From Eledone cirrhosa (lineage: Eukaryota), in the NCBI GenBank assembly GCA_964016885.1, contig OZ024740.1, positions 69,750,001-69,814,000 on the forward strand: a stretch of 64,000 nucleotides of DNA, written 5' to 3'. How positions within the stretch are numbered: position 1 is the stretch's first letter; each line of letters begins with the position of its first letter. Position numbers and translations under genes: made by a program. Positions 12,164 through 25,032 of this stretch are shown in pieces. The notes under the pieces were generated by a model. It was given only the letters and a program-made list of their open reading frames with translations. It did no database searches and was not told the DNA's origin.

Positions 12164-14186
12164 TGTTTCTTTTATTTGCCACCAGGGCATCAAAAGTGGG
12201 ACAAGTACAATGGGGGGAGTTTACAAAACAAGACGTCCTCAATAAGGAGGAGGCAATAACAATATATAAAAATAAAATAAAATATAACAAAAAATAAAAT
12301 TTATAACAAAGTCCTCAATAGAGAGGAGGCGCCTTGGGGGGTCGCACACACCCCCGAAAAAAAGTGTGCAACCCTTCTCCTCAGGAGCACAGAGAAGGGG
12401 TGCTCCCTTGGTCTTTCATCTTCCTCACCTATAGTCTGATGTAGAGTGAAGGCCCATTCACACGGGCCATTCTCGCCACTTTCACCCATCTTTCATAGAA
12501 ACGGCTGGGGTGCAGCACCTCTCTCTCCATCCTGATCCTTCTTCCGAAATGATATCGGAAGAAACGGACCAGTTGTTGGCCAGAGAGAAAGGTGTCTGAC
12601 CTCAGTCCTTTCAGACGCGTCCACCATACAACCTCTTTCGCCATGGCTATTACGCACAGAAACACCGCCTCTCCTTCGTTTTTGAAGAGGGGAGGCGGCT
12701 TGATCGTTACAATAGACTCGGTGGTCAACCGGATTGGTCCCACCCTTGACAGCAGTTGTTCGACATAACCCCACAGATCGGCAATGCCCGAGCAGTTTAC
12801 CAATGCGTGTGCAACGGTTTCCTCGTCGCACACGCATCTGGGACAGATCTTTTTCGATGGGTCCCTACCCGGGCGCCCGTGTCTGTAGAGCCTTTCTCGA
12901 ACGGGCAGAGCCCTTCTGTAGCATTGCCAGGCCAGGGACCTCTGGAAGTTATCCATGGGTCCCGGGCTGAATGTCCTACCGAACAGGCTGGCCAGTTCGT
13001 CTTCCTCCATGCCAAGGGCTTCTCCGAGGGCGTCGTCGCACCTGCTAACCACCAGCCCTCTATAGAATGACGAGGTGGATTCTCCACTGACAGCCGGGTC
13101 CGCCTGCCAGAGAGACGTGAGTGCCTGGGCACACTCGGTGTGCCAGGCGCCCAGTTTTCTCGGTCTTTGCTTGACCCAGGATTGCAGCTCGGTGAGTGAG
13201 ACGAGTCTGGGAAAGGCTCGCCTCACAAACGGGGCCCACACCGGTTAACCGGAGAGGAATACCTGAAGGTGCCGTAGCCTTAATGCGTGTTTACGTATCA
13301 TTAGCCACGGCATCCCCAGCCCTCCTTTCGAAGGGTGTTGACAGCAGATGGATCTCCTCACCATAGGAGCCCGCTTCTTCCAAAGGAATTGGAAGAGTGC
13401 GCGCTCCAATTTGGCGAGCGTTTCCCTTGGGCAAGGCACAACGGTCAGGCGGTAGTAGATGACGGACGCTATATAAGTGTTCGCCACCTCCGCCCGTCCT
13501 TTCAGGGACAGTTTGCACTCGGCCCACTTCTGGGTCAGTGCAAACACCCAGTTCGTCACCTCACCCCAGTTCTTCTCCACCTGGAGGTCTGGTCCGAACC
13601 AGACCCCGAGCAACTTCACCGGGCCCTCCGTCCAGCGCCCGACGACGCCATCGGAGGGCATCGATCTGCTCCTCCACGTGCCGAGTTGCAGACCGATCGA
13701 CTTGTCCCGGTTCAGCTTAGCCCCTGTAAACCTTTCGTACTCATCCAGTAAGGTGCCGATCGCCCTGATTTCCGAGGCCGTCGACACCATTACTGTTACG
13801 TCATCGGCGTAGGCTGACACCGCTTTCCGCAATCCCGGTTCCAACGGGATGCCCTGCAACAACTCCAACTTCCGCAGCAGTGGCTCTAGAGTCATTACAT
13901 ACAGAAGGGAGGAGAGAGGGCACCCCTGTCGGATGGACCGCGCGATTTCGAACGGCTCCGAGAGGTAGCCGTTCACCTTGACCCTAGAGCAGATGCGGCT
14001 GCTGTGCATGGCATTGATCCAGCCCCTGAAAACGGGTCCGAAGCCTGCCGCCGCTAGCACCGCATCCAGGTAACCATGGTCGACCCTATCGAATGCCTTA
14101 GATTGATCCAAGTTGATCAGGGCCCCACCAAAGCCGGGTTCGTTCCCAACCCTCTCTATGATGTATCGCATGAGGTGGAGGTTATC
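12164..14186 (-). mobile_element. Tx1-like copy D, 5'-truncated within RT; close relative of copy C
   Basis: ORFs 13245-14171 (YADD) and 12429-13241 (zinc finger) are in the same frame, split by one TAA (CAA in copy C); 3' UTR is nearly the same as copy C. Confidence 0.93.
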
Positions 14187-14219
14187 GATAGATAGAAAGA
14201 TAGATAGATAGTTAGATAG
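14187..14219. repeat. Imperfect (GATA)n at the 5' junction of copy D
   Basis: GATAGATAGAAAGATAGATAGATAGTTAGATAG. Confidence 0.9.
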
Positions 14220-14819
14220 TCATACAGAGAGAGAGGGGGGAGAATATAGAAAATTGGTTAGTAACTCTGGATCTGTGGTACTGTGCGCTTTTGTAGAAAT
14301 AATAATGACACATCGCTCATATTATTTTCCAGTTCATTTGCTTAGTATAAGAAAGGACGCTGTGAATTACATATGTTAATGATCATCATAGATTAGCAAT
14401 TCAACTAGGCTAAAGAATATCGTGATTACGGGCGGATGGATGAACATATAGAGAGGAGAGATAACAGTGGTGGACTTCTTGTCAACAGTTAATTTAATAG
14501 CTGACGTCGGGGCGTGTAAATGTTGGGATTAATAGTTGAAGGGATGACTGTAATGTTGTTATTAATCGTTTTTCATAAGCTATTCTAATGTGATTGGTTG
14601 GCATATAAATAAACAGTTATTGTCATATAATCTTGTACTGTTTCTGTTCTTTTTTGTCGTTTTATTTTTTATAGAGTTGTGTATGTCATAGGGTTAAGTG
14701 TAATTTGTTATACTAATTATTTCTAAAATTGTTTTAGATTGATTTATTAATAATTGAATGTTCTCTTAGTGGGTTTACATGTTTTCTTTATTTAGAATGT
14801 TATATTTATCAGTGTTGAT

Positions 14820-15000
14820 TCATTTTTTATTAATGGTAAACTGTTAGGAATGTGGCTAGAGGCAATCAGTTGAATGGATATTTGTGAATTTCCTGCAAAG
14901 CCTATGTAACTGTTTTGATGTTGTAAAATTCCTAAATTGCAACAAATGGCTTCTTTCCTGCAGGTGCTTTGTCAAACGATAGGGTAACCGTAGATTGCCG
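14820..15000 (-). pseudogene. Possible highly decayed GIY-YIG C-terminus of a Penelope-like element
   Basis: Minus-strand peptides RLTKHLQE and IASSHIPNSLPLIK loosely resemble RLxxH...IAEAxxI..PxxN; weak. Confidence 0.2.
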
Positions 15001-16139
15001 GCGAAAGCAGCAATTAGTATAGAGTTTTCAACATTTATTCTTACTTTTATATCTTAAACCACATGTAAGAGACATGATGGTTCTCAACAAGATTTAAGAG
15101 ATTTCTGTGAGAGTAAATCAGGCTGCGATAATATGATGCTTGCACCTTTTGTTAGTTTTGGTTCAGTCGTAAGAATCTGATATTTTCAAGACCTCCAAAG
15201 CTGGCGTAAAGGAAGAAGAAATCAGAGGCTTGTTTCGAGTGCTTGAAACAAAGCACCCCACTAAATAAACGCAATGGTCAGATGAAGGCGTTAAACCGGA
15301 TGAATGATGAAATATACTGCAGCTAAATCTTCCTCAAATTACATCGTCCGGCCTACACAAATATATTCTAAGGTACATAATGTCTGCAAATGAGGCATCC
15401 TCAGAAGGGGAATGTCTCGTATGATAGCTTTGATCACTCAAGGGTGCTCTGGTGGCTAAACACCAAAGGGTTTTTGAGTAAGGGAAAATGCCCATCACAA
15501 TGTTCTTGAATTTAATATTCTTTTAATAAGTGAAAAGCTACCTATAATCTGTTGCATTTATCTTCTTTCAATCATACTTCTAGATTTGCATACTTATATG
15601 TAGTTAGAGTGTGCTGCAGGCGTTGCTATACTCCGTTTCCGAATGCTGGAGTCGATGTTTCATCAGGCGGTGAATCAACTTTGTAGATGCTTAGGCCTCT
15701 TCCACTAAATTTACCGTAAAACTAATGTTGTAGAAAATGTTGAGATTTCTCTGCTATTTTATTTCATTTTATTATTTTTCAAATTAGTTATTCGTTTTTC
15801 CGCTGTTTAACTCCAAGTCATTCTTGAACTAGCAGGCTTATATTATAGGTTGCAGTCATGACAACAATTTCTAATATATGAAGAACTACATTATCTAATG
15901 TGTGTATCTTTCTGTATTTATATCAAGATTTTGTATTACTGAGCGAGCAGATTCATGATCAAAGGTATTTGAGGCATGTCTATGCTATCGGCTGTTTATT
16001 TGTTTTAGAGTCTAGCATCGTATTCAAATTCTGGTAAAAAATTGTAATATTTTAATATATATTTTAATAAAGCGTACGCCATAAGAAGCATTTAAATTTA
16101 GTCTTAAGAAACAAATACATATTTATCGGTAGAGTGGTA

Positions 16140-16915
16140 ATTATGATGGTGATGACATTAGCCGGATGACGAGGATTTTAATTAAAGGGAATGAAGAGGT
16201 TGACGATAGAGAGACTTTCGATAGATATTTGGAGATGTAAAGAAAAGAATTTGAAATAGGGTGAAAGAAAATGAAAGCAAATAAAGACAAAACAAAACAA
16301 TAACATAACATAATTATTAAGGAAGTAGACGTTAAAGAACACCTGAAATGAGGAGGGACATAATAATATGAGATACAGTAAAAAAAACATTGAATGGAGA
16401 AGCGTATATAACGAACGACGTAGAAGTGGGAATAAAAGAACGAAATTGAATGAAATAGGACGAATACCGAATGACAAAACTTAACGAATTAGAAGGGCGA
16501 AGGATATTACGAACGTAATTGAACGAAGAAGGACCAGCCGCGAATGACATAGAAGATCAAATAAAAAAGAGAATGATATCAAACGAAGAAGGGCAGATAA
16601 AATCAGATCGAATTTGAATGATGAAAGACAAATAATGAATGATGTGGAAGAACAGATGAAAAGAAGAACATTGAACGAAGTAGGGTGAATGATGAATGAG
16701 GTGGAAAGAAGGTCAAATTTAAGCATAAAAAGACGAATAACAAATAACGAAAGAGCGGGGAGAAAAAAGAAAAATGAAGCTGAAGGAAAAATGAATAAGA
16801 AATAATGAACTCAAGAGAAGGGAAAGAAGATGGACGAGATGAAGAACAAGAAGTAATAAGAGACGATGATGATGACGTAGGAGGGGTAAAGAAATTGAGG
16901 AAGAATTAGTTACAA
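16140..16915. repeat. Purine-rich (GAA/AAT/GAC) low-complexity tract
   Basis: Strong A/G strand bias with degenerate short repeats; the overlapping ORFs are compositional artefacts. Confidence 0.6.
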
Positions 16916-17149
16916 AAACATCGTCTAGATTTCTAAATTCACACATTGTTGGACATTCTCTTCCTCCACATGAATTTAGTGATCTCAGTCTTTAGAAGAA
17001 TGTTATTCTTCACGGTTCCATTCACTAAAGTGATACATCTGTTTCAAGTTTCAATGTTTTCTAGAGAATGGGTAAGTATGCCTTAGTCATCTAATTTGCC
17101 ATAAGTATGTATTCATGTGTGTAGATGAATATAACTACGACGAAGAGAC

Positions 17150-17390
17150 ATAGCTTCGTGGTGAGAGTGTTTGACTCGCCACCGTAAAGTCGTAAGTTCA
17201 ATTCCCAGCGGTGTGCTTCATTTGGGGCTGCTCACGACTACTCAACTGGCAAAAATGTGTTGTACTAATAATTTAAAGGACTAGTTTTCTCACACACAAT
17301 ATTACGTTGGAGCTTCCGGAGAACTATATTAAATATACATGTGTCTACGGAAAAAAGAAACCATCGTCACATGAACCGACGGAGACCCAA
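17150..17390 (+). mobile_element. Old tRNA-derived SINE
   Basis: TAGCTTCGTGG (A-box-like) followed by AAGTTCAATTCC (B-box-like); the body is decayed. Confidence 0.45.
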
Positions 17391-17949
17391 CAACAATTTA
17401 CAACTTCGTTAGAGTCTAACTTATGTAATATGTTGAATTAAAAAAGAAGCTCCAACTAACTAGTTTTTAACGAAACCTAGCGGGGATTGATAACGACTTT
17501 GTTTACCTTCTCTGTCTGCGAAGGAAATCTTAATTTAAGAATACTCAGTTGAGTTTATTACGTAAATCGCTGCAACTGGTAGATGCTAATCAAATTTGTT
17601 TATGGACATTTTTTCAAATTATTATTGCACTCTCTCTCTCTCTCTTTTTCTTTCTTACTTTCTCACTCTCTGTATCTCTCCTCTCTCTCTCTCTCCCCTC
17701 CCTGCCCCCTCTCTCTCTCTATCTTTCTATAGATATATGTGCGTATATGTATATGTATATATATATATATACACATATAAGTAAGTTTGTTTTGAAACAG
17801 CGACTGGTTGGAACTTTAGTAGAAATAGAAGCTTTCGCCGTCTTTCTGACTAAAGAAATTTTAGCCTGATAAGGGAGTTTAAAACCCTCTAAAAAATGGA
17901 AAAGGAGGAGTATTGCCTTTCGTCTTAGGTTCTTCCGCGCTTTTCGCGC

Positions 17950-18152
17950 CTTTCGCACATCGAGCAGTAAGTAAGTAGTCGCAAAGAGTCAGGATCAGCG
18001 GTGGGTTTTTCGCATCTGTGACCAGTGATGTTGGTTGCCATCAGGTCTTTTTGGAACGCTCGCAGCCAGGTGATCCTCTGGCAACCCTGCTTCTGTTTGC
18101 CGCCAGGTAGAGTCCAGTTCATCGCTGTTTTCTAGTGCCGTTTGTTGAGCAG
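17950..18152 (-). mobile_element. RTE-clade LINE 3' fragment
   Basis: NWTLPGGKQKQGCQRITW resembles the RTE C-terminal W..G.R..GRP..TW motif. Confidence 0.6.
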
Positions 18153-18249
18153 TATATATATATATATATATATATACTGCTCAACAAACGGCAGATATAT
18201 ATATATATACACAAAATTAAGATAAATCAAAGTGAATTTAATCTAAATC

Positions 18250-18585
18250 AAAATTATGGGTGCCATGGCAGAAAGGCATGCGCCATATCACCCGTAAAAT
18301 AAGCTCTAAGATTCTAATGAATAGGTCCGACCATTTTATAACAACTAGAAATTGGAAGATTAATCATATTATTTGAAGTTCTAGTTAACTTTATTTAGTT
18401 ACCTGCCTAGCGATGCGTGCTTGCACACTTGTAAAAATTATCCCCTGTGATTGTTTCAAATGTTTATTTATATGTTAATCAATTTCTAGTTGTTATAAAA
18501 TGCTCGAACCTATTCATTAGAATCTTGGAGCTTATTTTACGGGTGATATGCCGCATGCCTTTCTGGCATGACACCCATAATTTTG
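18250..18585. repeat. Inverted repeat with ~100-bp arms; the internal segment recurs at 18874-19030
   Basis: AAATTATGGGTGCC...CAACTAGAAATTG (18250-18354) is the reverse complement of CAATTTCTAGTTG...ACACCCATAATTT (18480-18584). Confidence 0.85.
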
Positions 18586-19026
18586 GATATAGATATATAA
18601 ATACGGCTCCTTAATTGTAGAGCTAACTCTGTTGAAAGGACTTGACTGCTGTTTCTAGTTGTCGATAACCCTATTCACGCCATTGGGACGAAGCTGGTAT
18701 GATGTGTGTATTTTTAGTAGATACAGCACGTGTTACTGGCCAGTCGCTGATTTGAACTTAATGCGTAAACACAGATTGCTGGACTTATCCTTGTTGAAAA
18801 TCCAAGTATCGGTCTCCGTGGTTTACCATTCGATTAATTGGTGAAATATATTTCTTTAATGGAATATATACAGGGAAGATTAATCATATTATAAGGTATC
18901 TATTTTTGAAGTTCTAGTTAACTTTATTTAGTTACCTACCTAGCTATGCGTGCTTGCACACTTGTAAAAATTATCCCCTGTGATTGTTTCAAATGTTTAT
19001 TTATTTGTTAATCAATTTCTAGTTGT

Positions 19027-19039
<13 letters not shown>

Positions 19040-19057
<18 letters not shown>

Positions 19058-19490
19058 TAGTCATCATCTGGTGCCAGGTTTGTTCCAGTCATTAGCGATC
19101 ATGGCTCTTCAGTCATTCCTTTTATCAGTGTTCCGTATGAGGTCCTGTCCTATTTTCGTTGATATATTTGTTCAGGTTGTCTGTAAATGTCGTTGTTTGT
19201 CTTCCTTGTCTCCTCTTTCCAGCAATCTTACTACAAAGAATCAGCTTCTCCAAACCGTCTCTTCTGTTTATGTGGCCAAAGGATTCCAATTTCCTCTTTC
19301 TGATAGTTTGGGCAAGAGATCTTTCCATGCCTGCCATTAGTAGGACTATAAGATTGGTTTACTTTTCCGTCCAAGATATTTTGAATATTCACCGAATGAA
19401 CCACATTTCAGGGGTGTCCAGTTTCCTTGCCATTTTATAACTTATTGTCCAGCATTCACAGCCCTATAGGAAGAAGGAACATACGTATGT
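19040..19490 (-). mobile_element. RTE-clade LINE 3' fragment
   Basis: RKRKLESFGHINRRDGLEKLILCSKIAGKRRQGRQ is typical of the RTE C-terminus. Confidence 0.75.
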
Positions 19491-19680
19491 TTATTTTAGG
19501 ATGCTGATTTTTATGTATATACTGCAAAGCACATAAAAATTAGTCCTAGTGTTTCATTCACGTGTTTCAAGATGGCTATAATTCGAATTATTTGAAGAAT
19601 GCCACGAGTAATTCGTATAATCATATTGTATATATACAAAACGGTATACAAATTTAATTTGCAATATCATTATATATTGC

Positions 19681-20160
19681 GTGGATGCCGCTTGCACAAA
19701 ATCTCGCCAACTTTTCAGAAAAACAACGGGCAGGCTCCTTAACCTGTCTCGATTCTTTGCTACATCAAAAACATTTACTGCTCTGAAACGAGTTCTTTAT
19801 GCAGATGACTTTGATCTTTTTAGCCACGCAGAAGAATATCTTCAACTTATGATGGCTTGCTTCCAGACAGCATGTGATGAGTCTAAGCTGACAATCAGTC
19901 TGGATAAGACAGTGGTGATGTACCAACATGCACTCAGAAAGCCATCTATTTCACCAGCCATATCTGTCAAAGGGAAAATATTGAAGGTTGTGGATACAAT
20001 CGTCTACCTGGGTAGTACTATCTCTAGAATCATTATCCTTGATGAAAAGGACATTTACTAGCTATCTAAAGGTTGGAGTGTATTTGGAAAGTTGAAGGGG
20101 GCGTGCGGTCACAGTCAGATATTAGTGTGCACTCAAAAGTTGAAGTGTACAAAGCATGGT
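19681..20160 (+). mobile_element. RTE-clade LINE RT fragment
   Basis: VLYADDFDL...LTISLDKTVVM...YLGSTIS. Confidence 0.8.
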
Positions 20161-20677
20161 TGGATGGGGCTCGGATTTTGTAGAAATGATGAGGGCTGAT
20201 ACGACTTTCTCGTAAGAAGGCCAGGCCACATTTAACTTTTGCAATATAAACATGCGCATGTGTGTTTATACTGCTATTAGGATTATTATCACCCTCTTTT
20301 CTTAACCATATACTATTAATAATTTCACAATTATTTATAATCTTTATATTTTTCTTAATTTATTTTTGTTAATTCATATTTCATAATTTATTTGCCGTAA
20401 CACTTAGTTTTTAAAATCCTTTATACTCTTATCGTACCTATCCCCTTTAAATTTTTCACCGTCATGCTTCACTAGTTTTCCGCCAATTTTTAGTACACCT
20501 TACCTGTGTGAGTGGCAGATTTTTGGTTCTGATTAATAGTGACATTATCCGACAATAATAGAATCGCTGTCGCCAACAAATAACTCCACCCTCTTTAGTT
20601 GTGTCTACCGACTCACAATACTTGGGAGTGCTGACTGTGTGCCATTTGGGTGTGGTGCATCGCAATAATAACTGTTT

Positions 20678-21400
20678 CTACTATTCTACTACACCTAACT
20701 TAGCTAGGAACACAGCGAACCTTAATATAACGAAATTAAATAAGTCAACTACCTCCGAAAACCCTCCTCGGAATGGAGTACTGTCCAACTTCCTGATGAA
20801 CGACATCGTGTATAAAACGACAACAGAAATATAACACACACACACATATATATGTGTGTATATATATATATATACAGATGAACAAGGCAACAACACACAC
20901 ACACACACACACACACTCAAGCGAGACAACAACACACGCACGCACACACACAGTAATATTTAACAAACAGGCAGAGAATGGACTGACAGCTAGCGCCATC
21001 CCACTCCCTCATTCGGCCGCTGACCTCTGTACGACCGACCCCATTTCACGCGCACGCGCGCTCTGCCGAATACCTCAGATATTCAAAACAACAACAGCGA
21101 AAGACGCGTTCCGGACTTGTCCGACAGACAACCTTTTCCCCCACGCCGGAAAAAACCCCAGTTGATGGATGTGAATCCGAAATATATAAGGACTATTAAA
21201 TCTCTCCCAAGGTAACTCTCTCTTGTGTTGTTATTTTTATTTTTATCCTTTATACTCTTCCCTTCATTCTACACATCTCACACATCTTATACACACCACG
21301 CATCTAAACGTATACCCACTTACATCTCTCTCTCCACCACCGGACCTTGTTACCCGGAGATTTATTTACCCATTTGCATTGTCGAGGCTTCCAAACGACT
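20678..21400 (+). mobile_element. Penelope-like element remnant with a hammerhead-like motif (21155-21192)
   Basis: YSTTPNLARNTANLNITKL matches YSTTPNLAHNITVSNLAKL of the PLE at 62350-63174; motif CAGTTGA-t-GGAT/ATCC-GAAA-TATATA. Confidence 0.5.
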
Positions 21401-21403
21401 TAA

Positions 21404-21460
<57 letters not shown>

Positions 21461-21462
<2 letters not shown>

Positions 21463-22068
21463 GTCAGGTCCCCAGTTGGTGCTACTGGTAACATGTATCC
21501 CAGTACAACCTGTCTCATGGTCGGGTCGTTGGCGACTAAACTGGCAACCCCACCAAGGTTTCTTGGTGAGGAGGGTGACTTTGGACATCCTGCAGGACTA
21601 AAAACAAAACCTGTCAAAGGGCAAAGGAGCTCTTAAGAGTCAATGGCCATCTAAAATCACAGGGAGAGATGACCCCTTAGCCTTTGTCAAGGAAGAATTC
21701 TAGGAGTAGGAAAACTCTGATATATCTCCTGCAACCCTGATGGTATCCAATTATGTTGACTTGTTTTACTTTTTGGTAAATATCATCTTGGTTAAGAGAG
21801 TGGGACTAGCTTTGTGCAGTGCCTTTGCTCACTATAAAAGCTTGACGGCACAGGCATTGCTTTATATCTGGAGACCTCTCTGCACTTGTCATCACATGGT
21901 ACCATGGGCCCAGCACTATGTGTTAATAATTGTCACAAGTGTAGTGTTTGTACCAGAGTTTTCAAGTCGCTGGCTGGACTGAAAAGTCACACTTGTTCAG
22001 CGCATCGGTAGGGGTTCTCCTACATGGATATAAAGTAGTGGCCGTACTCGAAAACGAGTTGGCAGCCT

Positions 22069-22070
<2 letters not shown>
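21461..22070 (+). mobile_element. Non-autonomous RTE-derived element (5' UTR-like part fused to a 3' stem-loop end), inside (TA)n
   Basis: No long ORF; CTAGGAG(T/A)AGGAAAACTCTGAT resembles RTE 5' UTRs as I recall them; terminal hairpin ACTCG-AAAA-CGAGT, then GGCAGCC(T/A)CC and (TA)n; further copies at 48529-48941 and 42981-43103. Confidence 0.6.
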
Positions 22071-22102
<32 letters not shown>

Positions 22103-22108
<6 letters not shown>

Positions 22109-22500
22109 GGAAAAAATGAAACGAAATTTCATCTCTCATTCTTAGTACGGCTGTTACTTAAATATACGTATGTATACGTACATACATATATGTATACAGA
22201 CGTACAGTAGTATGTATAGATATATACATACATGCACATATATATATATATGCACGTATGGATTTACCGAACAGGAAGGTATACGGTGCTGACGATAGCT
22301 AATAAGCTTGACACTAGTACATAGTTCCTTTATCAGTGTTGAACAAAAGGGCAACGATGGTTGCTAAACACTGTACGGCTTAATTCGGGATGTTCGGTAA
22401 ATCCATACGTACATATATATATATATGTGTGCATGTATGTATATATATACATACATCTGTACGTCTGTATGCATATATGTATGTACGTATACATACTTAT
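22103..22500 (+). mobile_element. Dispersed, partly inverted copy of the 442-bp hammerhead element
   Basis: 22103-22272 is the reverse complement of the unit's 3' part; 22278-22500 is forward and contains CGGTG CTGACGA TAGCTAATAAGCTT GACA CTAG TA CAT. Confidence 0.9.
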
Positions 22501-22780
22501 ATTACATATATATATATATATATATATTTGGATTTTAGTCTTCAAATTTATTATTATTACTATATATGTATATATATATATATATATATTCACCTGAAAA
22601 TCAGTTGAAGAAAACGGGTATAGATCTATATATGTTCTTAACTTAATATATTGCAATATATAATATTGCAATATATCTTGCAATATTTTCATATATTAAG
22701 TTAATTTTTAATATGTTACCAACGTAACTGTGTGTGTTTACACTCTTTCCAAATTATCCCCTGTAATTGTTTGATGTGTT

Positions 22781-22892
<112 letters not shown>

Positions 22893-23039
22893 TGAGATAG
22901 AGAAGGGGGGGGGGGGTAATTTACTGTTAATAAATGCTCGGATTTATCCCTTAGAAACTTTGCGGTTATTATACAGGTGGTATGACGCATGTTTCTCAGA
23001 CATGACATTCTTAATTTAATTTGGGTTATATATGAAAAT

Positions 23040-23810
23040 AAAGGCATACTACTCAATGTTTTCATTGGTTGACATTAGAAGTTGTGGATTTCTCTGTTTC
23101 GAATGGCAACTTGTGCCCGATCACAGAATATTGAGTACTCTTCTGTGATATACATGCCATCTCCCCAGAAGAACGAGGAAACTACGAAAGTAGAGATATA
23201 TCAATGGCCACTAAATTGGCACATACACTAGGCTACCCAGTTAAAGAGTATTGCTAAAAAGATATATCTATATGTATGTGTGTTGTAAGAGAGAGAGGCA
23301 GAATGTGGGAGAGAAATATAAACAATAATAACTATAGGAAGGCGGATATGTGTTATGGGTTTATAGAAAAGGGTCATACGGTGAAAATAGAGAGGAACTT
23401 AAGATGTGTGGAATGAAAGACTGGGCAAGGATTTTGATCAAAAAGGAAAAGATGAAAAGATATGGGTGTTAATGAATACGAACAGGAACCTATAAGATTG
23501 ACGTTGAACACTATGCAGGTGCTAATGCTAATGATATGAAGGAGGGTAGCCAACATGAACATTTCTGGTAGCTGTACAAATGAAGAAGCGTTGTTATAAT
23601 AGGGTATAGGCTATGAAGGTGGATAGCTTGAGGATGCCCATACCATGCAAATTTAAAAGTGTATCTTAACTAATACCACCCTGTGTTCACGTATCTCTAT
23701 ATCTAAGTTCCTATATTAAATAGAAGACGGAAGATGAAATTTGTGTAGCACACAGTGTTTTTGTCAAATTCTGAAAGGAATGGCAGTTGGCTGTCTTCTG
23801 ATATTCCCTA
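23040..23810 (-). mobile_element. Probable decayed PLE 3' region with a degenerate hammerhead (23088-23130)
   Basis: Minus strand reads CTGTGA-tcgGGCAcaagtTGCCattc-GAAA-cag. Confidence 0.3.
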
Positions 23811-24433
23811 CTGTCAATGCAGCATCGAGATCTACAGGATAACAGCAACAACAACGATGACTATAATAATGTTGTTGTTGTTGTTTTTGTATTTAGGTAC
23901 ATAACCATCGATTTGTAGGGAGGAGTAAGTCGTCGATTACATCAACTCTATAACTTTACTGGTTCTTTATTGAATCGACCTCGTATGTATGAAAAAGTAC
24001 GGTAAAGGCAGATATATGAACAACACATATGATAAAGGCAACAATAAAACAACAACGACGACGATTAAGATAGTGATGAGAAGATAAAGAACACGTATGA
24101 CGTTAAAGACCACGATAAGAACAACAATACCTATGACGATAAAGACCATGATAAGAACGACGATAACAAAGGTGCAATCCCTGTTGTTTTCGTTATTAAA
24201 TAACGAAAAGAACAGGCGCTGCAATAACAAAAGCTCGACCTAATAGAAATACCAGCGCCACATAATTCTAAAAAGATGGTATAGTCGCGGTTAGAATACT
24301 TATGACTGTAGGTCTGTAGAGTTAAGTCTGAACTGGGTATAATGAATAAGAGCAACATCATCAACTACTAGTGTAATGACAGGTGATTTGAAGTGCTAAA
24401 AATAACAGTAAAAAATCTTTCAAATTACACCCT

Positions 24434-25032
24434 ATTATTTTAAAGTAGAGGGTCGGACGCCATGCTTTGACGTATAAAGTTACGGCCCTTGCCATTCTGG
24501 GTTCAAATCCCGTCGAGGTTAACTTTGCCTTTCATCCTTACGGGGTCGATAAAATAAAGTACCAGTAATACACTGGGATAATTGCTGGCCTTTTGCCTAT
24601 TGTAGAAACAATTATTTTAAAGTGGATTGGCGGTGGATTGGCAGTATCGGTAGAGGTCGGACGCCATGCTTTGCAACAAAGAGTTACAGCTCTTTATGGT
24701 CTGAGTTCAAGTCCCGCCGAGGTTAAACTTTGCCTTTCATCCTTACGGGGTCGATAAAATAAAGTACCAGTAATACACTGGTTTAACTGGGTTAATTGCT
24801 GGCCTTGTGCCAAAAGTAGAAACAATTATTTTAAAGTGGATTGGCAGAATTGGTAGAGCTTCAGACACCATGCTTTGCATCATAGAGTTGTGGCCTTTTA
24901 TGTTCTGAGTTCAAATCCTGCCAAGGTTAACTTTGCCTTTTATCCTTACGGGGTCGATAAAATAAAGTACCAGTAATGCACTGGGATAATTGCTGGCCTT
25001 GTGCCAAAAGTAGAAACAATTATTTTAAAAGT
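24434..25032 (+). mobile_element. Three tandem tRNA-SINE copies (Meta-like)
   Basis: Each copy has a B box and CATCCTTACGGGGTCGATAAAATAAAGTACCAG; ATTATTTTAAAGT recurs at every junction. Confidence 0.9.

Noticed and set aside
16178-16946. Hydrophobic membrane-protein-like ORFs
   Set aside because: Reverse strand of a purine-rich low-complexity tract.
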